A stretch of 32,000 bases of DNA from Candidatus Nitrosopumilus koreensis AR1 (GTDB lineage: Archaea; Thermoproteota; Nitrososphaeria; Nitrososphaerales; Nitrosopumilaceae), in contig NC_018655.1 of assembly GCF_000299365.1 (NCBI RefSeq), positions 360,001 to 392,000 on the forward strand. Reading direction: 5' to 3'. The notes below the pieces were generated by a model. That model did not search any database, had not been told where the DNA came from, and worked only from the letters and a program-made list of their open reading frames with translations. A program made the translations under genes and the position numbers. Positions 26,875 to 32,000 of this stretch are shown here, piece after piece; position 1 is the stretch's first letter; each line of letters begins with the position of its first letter.

Positions 26875-27609
26875 CTACTTTTGAATAGTTGGTTTGAGAT
26901 ATGTTGCTCTCATCCATAACACTACCCCTGACACAATTCCTGCTATTGCAAGTGCTATGGTGGTTGTGATTATGGGTAATCCTTCTTCGGATTCATTTTG
27001 TTGTCCTGTTGTCTCAACTGATTCCATCACTTCCTGGATTGGACTTTTTTGAACATCTGTTTTTGTTGCAGTGTCTTTTTGAACTACATTTGTGTTCTCT
27101 CTTTGAATTGATGGTTCATCAATGTTTGATCCTGCATCATTTTGAACAATAGTGCCTGAGAACATATTTGACTGGTTAAACTCGTTGACACTAGTTTCAT
27201 CTTTGATGTTTTCTAACCATGGATTGGTGATACTTGTATCTTCAATCACGGTAAATTGTATCGTTGAAGTTTCTTTTAGTTCTTCATGACTTGCAATTAT
27301 TGTGTATGTTCCAGTTGTTGAAAACTTTCCTAATGGTGGATGAAACAACCATGAAAATTCTCCTTCATCGTTTGTAGCCACATCTGGTCTAAATACCAGA
27401 TTGCCGTTTGGATCATACACTTCCAATCTTACCGGAATGTGTGATGACTCTACATTAACAAAACCGTCCACAAATATGCTTTCAGTTTTATCTATTTCTG
27501 ATTGTAGTGAAAAGATCCTTATGGACTCTTCTGCACTAGCAAAATCAATCGTAGATATCATAATCAGTGATACTCCAATCAGCATTGCTATGCAAATTTT
27601 TGTATTCAT
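26875..27609 (-). CDS. Secreted/membrane-anchored protein with beta-sandwich-like ectodomain and C-terminal TM
   Basis: Signal peptide CIAMLIGVSLIMISTIDFASA; LEVYDPNGNLVF...TNDEGEFSWLFHPP...TGTYTIIAS; C-terminal TM ITTTIALAIAGIVSGVVLWM. Confidence 0.8.
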   Translation of the reverse strand: MNTKICIAMLIGVSLIMISTIDFASAEESIRIFSLQSEIDKTESIFVDGFVNVESSHIPVRLEVYDPNGNLVFRPDVATNDEGEFSWLFHPPLGKFSTTGTYTIIASHEELKETSTIQFTVIEDTSITNPWLENIKDETSVNEFNQSNMFSGTIVQNDAGSNIDEPSIQRENTNVVQKDTATKTDVQKSPIQEVMESVETTGQQNESEEGLPIITTTIALAIAGIVSGVVLWMRATYLKPTIQK

Positions 27610-27631
27610 TGAAAAAAGTATCTAAAAATGT

Positions 27632-27645
27632 TATAATATATTATA
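27632..27645. promoter_or_regulatory. Palindromic TATA-like element TATAATATATTATA
   Basis: 14-bp perfect palindrome, 23-36 bp upstream of the 26875-27609 gene start. Confidence 0.5.
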
Positions 27646-27648
27646 CAC

Positions 27649-27667
27649 CTATTTGCGGGGTGCCTTT
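27649..27667 (+). repeat. 19-nt direct repeat copy 1, CTATTTGCGGGGTGCCTTT
   Basis: Exact match to 27993-28011. Confidence 0.85.
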
Positions 27668-27975
27668 CAATACTTAAGGTTCAACGAACAGACGAGATTC
27701 TGAAACCTGTCCATCTCTTTGAAAAACATTCTGCCCTTATCTGTCATCTGAAAAATTCTGTTTCTTTTGTCTACATGTTGTTCTACTAACCCTGATTCTA
27801 CAAGTTGTTTGCAACTTTCTATCACTGTGTGATGTGAAAGGTTTGCTTTGTGTGCAATATTTGATACATTTGTGCCATATTGACCTTCATATGATATTAT
27901 GGCAAGTATTTCGTGCATTTGTGCCATTTTTGAACGGTATTGTGCCTTAGCCATGAAACTTCCAACGAATTTCAT
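27667..27975 (-). CDS. Winged-helix transcriptional regulator (102 aa)
   Basis: AQMHEILAIISYEGQYGTNVSNIAHKANLSHHTVIESCKQLVESGLVEQHVDKRNRIFQMTDKG is a typical archaeal wHTH. Confidence 0.85.
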   Translation of the reverse strand: MKFVGSFMAKAQYRSKMAQMHEILAIISYEGQYGTNVSNIAHKANLSHHTVIESCKQLVESGLVEQHVDKRNRIFQMTDKGRMFFKEMDRFQNLVCSLNLKY

Positions 27976-27992
27976 TATAATTGATTTTAGTA

Positions 27993-28011
27993 CTATTTGC
28001 GGGGTGCCTTT
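27993..28011 (+). repeat. 19-nt direct repeat copy 2, CTATTTGCGGGGTGCCTTT
   Basis: Exact match to 27649-27667; lies in the divergent wHTH / histidine kinase promoter region. Confidence 0.85.
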
Positions 28012-28045
28012 AACTTAAATTTACACCTATAATTATTAGAAATAC

Positions 28046-29935
28046 TTGCATGTACGAATTATCTACCTTCTGATACTTGGTATGGCAACTGTTTCTGCAG
28101 TTTATGCAGTTCAGAGCTACGTGACATTTGAAGTAAATTCTGAACAACTAGTTGAATCTACTGCATTGAAGAATCAAGTTATTGCTAACAATTTGATACA
28201 AAATTTAGATCTATTCATTGACAAACGCATATCTGATTTCCAATCTTTGGAAAAAGCCAAAGAGATCCGACAAATTCTTCAATTTTCCAATGAAGAATTT
28301 TCAAAAATACCTGATATTGATGTGTATATGGAAGAAAAGACTTTTTCTTACACAAATTATAATCGATATCTGCCTTTTGTAACACAAGCTGCAGAACAAA
28401 AACATCAAAGCGAACTGTCCTCAATAATTAAAAACTATGATCAAACATATGGATTTGATTTTGCAGATGAATTTTTTGTAACAAATGCATATGGCGCAAA
28501 CATTGTTTTGATTTTGGGAGTTTCTGATTATGTGCAATATGATAAGGAATGGTGGCAAACCACAAAATCTAATGGGGTTTATGTAGGTAATGTACAGTAT
28601 TTTCCTAATTATGACTCTTATTCAATTCCCTTAGGAATTTCTATTTCTGATGAAGACGGTAAATTTCTGGGGGCAATTAAAGTTCTAATTGGATTAGAAC
28701 ATTTACTGTCTGATTTTATTAGTAATTCCATAATTCTTAATGATCAAAATAAGCAGATTTCCCTTTTAGATGAAACTGGACAAATAATTTATTCTAATGG
28801 AATAAAGTTTGACGATAATAACACCGTCCCATATTCTGACAGATTAACCAATGCTGAGGGATTTTTTGAATTTGAACTGGATAACTCTAATCATGTGTTG
28901 TCATATGCTAAATCAACAGATCCAAAAACCGGATTACAGTGGACAGTAGTTATTGCTCAGGACAAAAGAAATATCATAGAATCACTTGATGATGTGAGAA
29001 ACTCTCTAGTACTTCCTTCTGTTATTGGAATCATAGTAACTGTTGTAATTGGTATTATGATTACGATTTTTGTTTCAAAACCTCTTGAAAAATTGACAAA
29101 AATTTATGCTCAGATGTCCTCTGGAAATTTTGATGTACGCGCAGATCCAAATGTAATTCATGAAATAAACATTCTTTCGAATTCTTACAACAATTTTGTT
29201 GCCTCTTTAAAGAAACTAATTCAAACTGAAAAAGACTTGGCTGAGGCCAATGTGAAAGTAAGAAACGAACGCCTAACTGCAATTGGTGAATTGTCAGCTA
29301 GTATGGCCCATGACATGAAAAATCCTTTGGCAGTACTAAAAACTGCTACAGATGTTTTAAAACGCAAGTTTAGTGGGCAGGATGAAAAAGTTGATCAATT
29401 ATTTTCAAATATGGATGATGGAATAAACAGAATCTCTCATCAAATTCAAGATGTATTGGAATATGTTCGTACTACTCCGATGAATGTTACTAAAACAAGT
29501 CTTGTTCATATGATTGATAATGCAATCCGTTCAATCCAAATTCCTTCTTCTGTTGTAATTGAATTTCCAAAACAGGATATTGAGATTGAATGTGATCAAC
29601 AAAAAATTGAGATTGTGTTGATAAATCTAATATTGAATGCAGTTCAAGCCATTGGCCAAAAACCTGGAAAAATAATCTTCAATACTAGAGATGTTGGTGA
29701 TGTGTATGAAATTGAAATTGAGAATAGTGGTAAGCCTATACCTGATGATATTCTGCCAAAAATTTTTGAGCCCTTGTTTACTACCAAACTTCAAGGAACT
29801 GGTTTAGGTCTAGCTACATGTAAAAATGTAATTACTCAACATGGTGGATCGATTTCTGTGCAGAACGGTCCTACAAGATTCACCATTTTATTTCCAAAGA
29901 AAGTAAATGTTAACGATTTAGAGAAAGATAAATAG
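28046..29935 (+). CDS. Membrane sensor histidine kinase (Cache-like ectodomain, HAMP, HisKA, HATPase); TTG start uncertain
   Basis: TM at N-terminus, ~270-aa extracellular region, HAMP region VSKPLEKLTKIYAQMSSGNFD, H-box ELSASMAHDMKNPLAVLK, ATPase boxes NLILNAVQAI and GTGLGLATCKNVITQHGG. Confidence 0.92.
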   Translation: MHVRIIYLLILGMATVSAVYAVQSYVTFEVNSEQLVESTALKNQVIANNLIQNLDLFIDKRISDFQSLEKAKEIRQILQFSNEEFSKIPDIDVYMEEKTFSYTNYNRYLPFVTQAAEQKHQSELSSIIKNYDQTYGFDFADEFFVTNAYGANIVLILGVSDYVQYDKEWWQTTKSNGVYVGNVQYFPNYDSYSIPLGISISDEDGKFLGAIKVLIGLEHLLSDFISNSIILNDQNKQISLLDETGQIIYSNGIKFDDNNTVPYSDRLTNAEGFFEFELDNSNHVLSYAKSTDPKTGLQWTVVIAQDKRNIIESLDDVRNSLVLPSVIGIIVTVVIGIMITIFVSKPLEKLTKIYAQMSSGNFDVRADPNVIHEINILSNSYNNFVASLKKLIQTEKDLAEANVKVRNERLTAIGELSASMAHDMKNPLAVLKTATDVLKRKFSGQDEKVDQLFSNMDDGINRISHQIQDVLEYVRTTPMNVTKTSLVHMIDNAIRSIQIPSSVVIEFPKQDIEIECDQQKIEIVLINLILNAVQAIGQKPGKIIFNTRDVGDVYEIEIENSGKPIPDDILPKIFEPLFTTKLQGTGLGLATCKNVITQHGGSISVQNGPTRFTILFPKKVNVNDLEKDK

Positions 29936-29960
29936 GCACATATTCAAAAAATGGTGAATC

Positions 29961-30332
29961 TTGACTACAAACAAACTGATACTGATTGTTGATGATGACA
30001 TTCCGTTGTTAGAAAATACTGCATACATGATAGAGACACTTGGTTATGATGTTGTCACTGCAAAAGATGGTATGGAGGCAGTTGACGTGTATAGATCTGC
30101 ACAACCTTCGATGACTTTTATGGATGTTAAAATGCCCAAGCAAGATGGATTTGATGCGTTTTTCAAAATTAAAGAGTTTGATCCTGATGCAAAAGTTGTA
30201 TTGATTACTGCTTATAATATGGATGAGAAAAAGCACCTAAAAGCTAAGAGTATGAATCTCTTAGAAACAATAGAAAAACCATATGATATGGAAAAACTAG
30301 AAACAACTCTTGATAAATATCTGAACTCATAA
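29961..30332 (+). CDS. CheY-like response regulator (receiver domain only)
   Basis: LILIVDDDIPLLENT, phospho-Asp in MTFMDVKMPKQDG, VLITAYN; immediately downstream of the kinase. Confidence 0.92.
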   Translation: MTTNKLILIVDDDIPLLENTAYMIETLGYDVVTAKDGMEAVDVYRSAQPSMTFMDVKMPKQDGFDAFFKIKEFDPDAKVVLITAYNMDEKKHLKAKSMNLLETIEKPYDMEKLETTLDKYLNS

Positions 30333-31187
30333 TTTTTTTAGATTTTTTACTATTTTGAATCGTTTTTCATAAAAATCTGTCACCTCATCTAAAAATGACT
30401 GATACCATGATTTTAGATCTCTGTCTCCTTTTGTGATCAATTTGTACCATTGTTGATATTCCAGTGAAGATTTTTTTTTCTGAGGATTTTTTGAGATTAG
30501 TAACTGTGTGTAGTACCAACATGAAATCTGTTCAGCCAGATCTGTTTCCTCAATATGTTCAAAATTATCAAGATATTTTGTTGAAAGGTATGTCAGGATT
30601 TCGTATACTGGTATTTTTGAAATTTTTGTAGTTTGGATGTTATCTAAGAACAACCCTTTTGCTAACAATCTTAATCTGTACACCTCGTTGCCTATTGTAT
30701 TTTTCAGATATTCCCATTTTCCAAAAATCCATGGTATCACGTCCTTGTATTTCTCTGCCATCATGTCGATCTCCTTGTTTGTTAGGTCTAAGACATCTAA
30801 GCAATACAAAATACCATGTATTGATAGCCTGTATATGTTGGCAGGTGCCTTTAGTCTACTCTTTCCATCAATAACCACTAAACCTGTCTCGAGAACACCC
30901 ATGGAATGTCTTCCTCGATCATCTCTACCCACAAGAAATTTTCTGTATTGTTTTTCTCTGGATCTAATTTTTGCAGTATCGTTTGCTAGTTCCACTTTTG
31001 CCATCCCCCACGTTGTCTGTGGACCGTTTATGGCAAGTACGTGAAGCATTCTTTGGATATTTTCGTGATGTTTGGGGATGGTTTTTTTCCTATATGAAAA
31101 TTCTCCATACATTCTTCTTGCAGTTGGTCTTGTGTATGTCTTGTATGCATAAAGATTTCCTAGTGTGCCTGGTTTTATTTCTGCCAA
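30327..31187 (-). CDS. Hypothetical protein (286 aa), possible N-terminal wHTH
   Basis: Long ORF; MLHVLAINGPQTTWGMAKVELANDTAKIRSREKQYRKFLVGR. No confident family. Confidence 0.7.
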   Translation of the reverse strand: MAEIKPGTLGNLYAYKTYTRPTARRMYGEFSYRKKTIPKHHENIQRMLHVLAINGPQTTWGMAKVELANDTAKIRSREKQYRKFLVGRDDRGRHSMGVLETGLVVIDGKSRLKAPANIYRLSIHGILYCLDVLDLTNKEIDMMAEKYKDVIPWIFGKWEYLKNTIGNEVYRLRLLAKGLFLDNIQTTKISKIPVYEILTYLSTKYLDNFEHIEETDLAEQISCWYYTQLLISKNPQKKKSSLEYQQWYKLITKGDRDLKSWYQSFLDEVTDFYEKRFKIVKNLKKL

Positions 31188-31361
31188 TCACACAACTCCA
31201 TCTTTGATCATATAATAATTTTATAGAGAAATTCTACGTTAGCATCCCACAAACAGCTGGACATTTTTTTATTTCATCTTTATAGCTGTGATGAGAATCC
31301 TTCATGGCACCCCGCATTGTCACATCTATTGTGAAATATAAAAAAAATTTTCTGGTTTATC

Positions 31362-32000
31362 ATGAGCAAATTTACAATAGAACAAAAACATGTTTCTGAA
31401 AATAACAAAAAACACAGAATTGTTTCGTGTTTTGGTTGTTTTTCACAAATGGAAGTAAAAGAAGGTGTAATTGGATATGGTGGAGATTTTTTCCATCCAC
31501 AATGTTGGAAGGATTTTGAAAAATCTTCTACGGTAACATCTGATCTTAAAACCGGCCAAAAGAAAATTCTGATTATTGGTTTAGGTGAAATTGGATATAC
31601 TAATGCACAATACATGTCAGAAATTGGACTTTGGGTAGATGGCTATGACATTAATCCAGAAACCATGCAACGAGCACTAGATGAAAATGTAATCAAAGAA
31701 AAGGCTGAGAGTTTTTCTGGCTATGATTATTATCTAATCTGCATCTCGACACACAAACCTGAAAACATGTTTGTGCCTTATCTTGATGGTGTATATGAAA
31801 CCGCATATAGGTTACTAAAAGAAGCAAAAAATGGAGCACTATTAGGAATTGATAGTACAGTTCCACAAAACACAACCAGGAAAATCCTAGAAATTCTTAA
31901 CCATAAATTACACGTTGTTCATGTTCCACACAGATACTATAAACATGAAAAAGATGAACATGGTGTACAACAAGAACGCGTAATTGGAGCTTGTGAACAA
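31362..32000 (+). CDS. Nucleotide-sugar (UDP-glucose/GDP-mannose) dehydrogenase-like protein with N-terminal LIM-like half zinc finger (3' truncated by window; absent from ORF track)
   Basis: Manual translation: MSKFTIEQKHVSENNKKHRIVSCFGCFSQMEVKEGVIGYGGDFFHPQCWKDFE...KKILIIGLGEIGYTNAQYMSEIGLWVDGYDINPETM...YYLICISTHKP...LLGIDSTVPQNTTRKILE...HVPHRYY...ERVIGACEQ. Open to the window end. Confidence 0.78.
   Translation, partial: MSKFTIEQKHVSENNKKHRIVSCFGCFSQMEVKEGVIGYGGDFFHPQCWKDFEKSSTVTSDLKTGQKKILIIGLGEIGYTNAQYMSEIGLWVDGYDINPETMQRALDENVIKEKAESFSGYDYYLICISTHKPENMFVPYLDGVYETAYRLLKEAKNGALLGIDSTVPQNTTRKILEILNHKLHVVHVPHRYYKHEKDEHGVQQERVIGACEQ

Noticed and set aside
27649-28011. Two repeat copies considered as a minimal CRISPR or insertion-element boundary
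   Set aside because: Only two 19-nt copies separated by an intact wHTH gene; no spacers, inverted ends or transposase. Promoter placement fits better.
30637-31207. Plus-strand ORFs 30637-31044, 30659-30874, 30971-31207
   Set aside because: Antisense to the 286-aa ORF and not compatible with each other; hydrophobic or Pro/Ser-rich shadow composition.
31280-31615. Reverse-strand 111-aa ORF
   Set aside because: Antisense to the more convincing plus-strand zinc finger/dehydrogenase ORF starting at 31362; composition looks like a shadow ORF.

Overview
This 32 kb window looks like chromosomal DNA from an AT-rich ammonia-oxidising thaumarchaeon (Nitrosopumilus-like). That assignment is inferred from gene content and protein character; no database search was run. 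Most of it is core genome: a 2-oxoacid:ferredoxin oxidoreductase beta C-terminus, cofE, two tandem but distinct leuC/leuD-type dehydratase pairs, and an rpoD-rpl18e-rpl13-rps9 cluster. It continues with an SBDS-rrp4-rrp41-rrp42-rpl37Ae-pcc1-prefoldin beta cluster, an ERCC4/XPF-type nuclease, nob1, NAD kinase, a rhodanese, a large ferredoxin fusion, a processive GT2 glycosyltransferase, a CPA2 antiporter, tRNA-Gly(GCC), rpl10e and a tRNA endonuclease. The right third is more accessory: a degenerate standalone PLD-like protein, a secreted membrane-anchored protein, a wHTH regulator, a Cache-HAMP histidine kinase, a response regulator and an unknown protein. It ends in an off-window nucleotide-sugar dehydrogenase-like protein with an N-terminal LIM-like half zinc finger. 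I found no CRISPR array or transposon, and nothing I can call a new defence system. The best leads are: (1) a 19-nt direct repeat flanking the wHTH gene, at the promoters of its neighbours; (2) a nested symmetric inverted repeat plus a terminator-like hairpin in a 528-bp gap; (3) an unannotated 35-aa CxxC ORF starting next to an 11-bp-arm palindrome; (4) the zinc-finger/dehydrogenase fusion absent from the ORF track; (5) the PLD domain that has lost its HxK residues; (6) a frameshift at A6-T-A6 in the ERCC4 nuclease gene.
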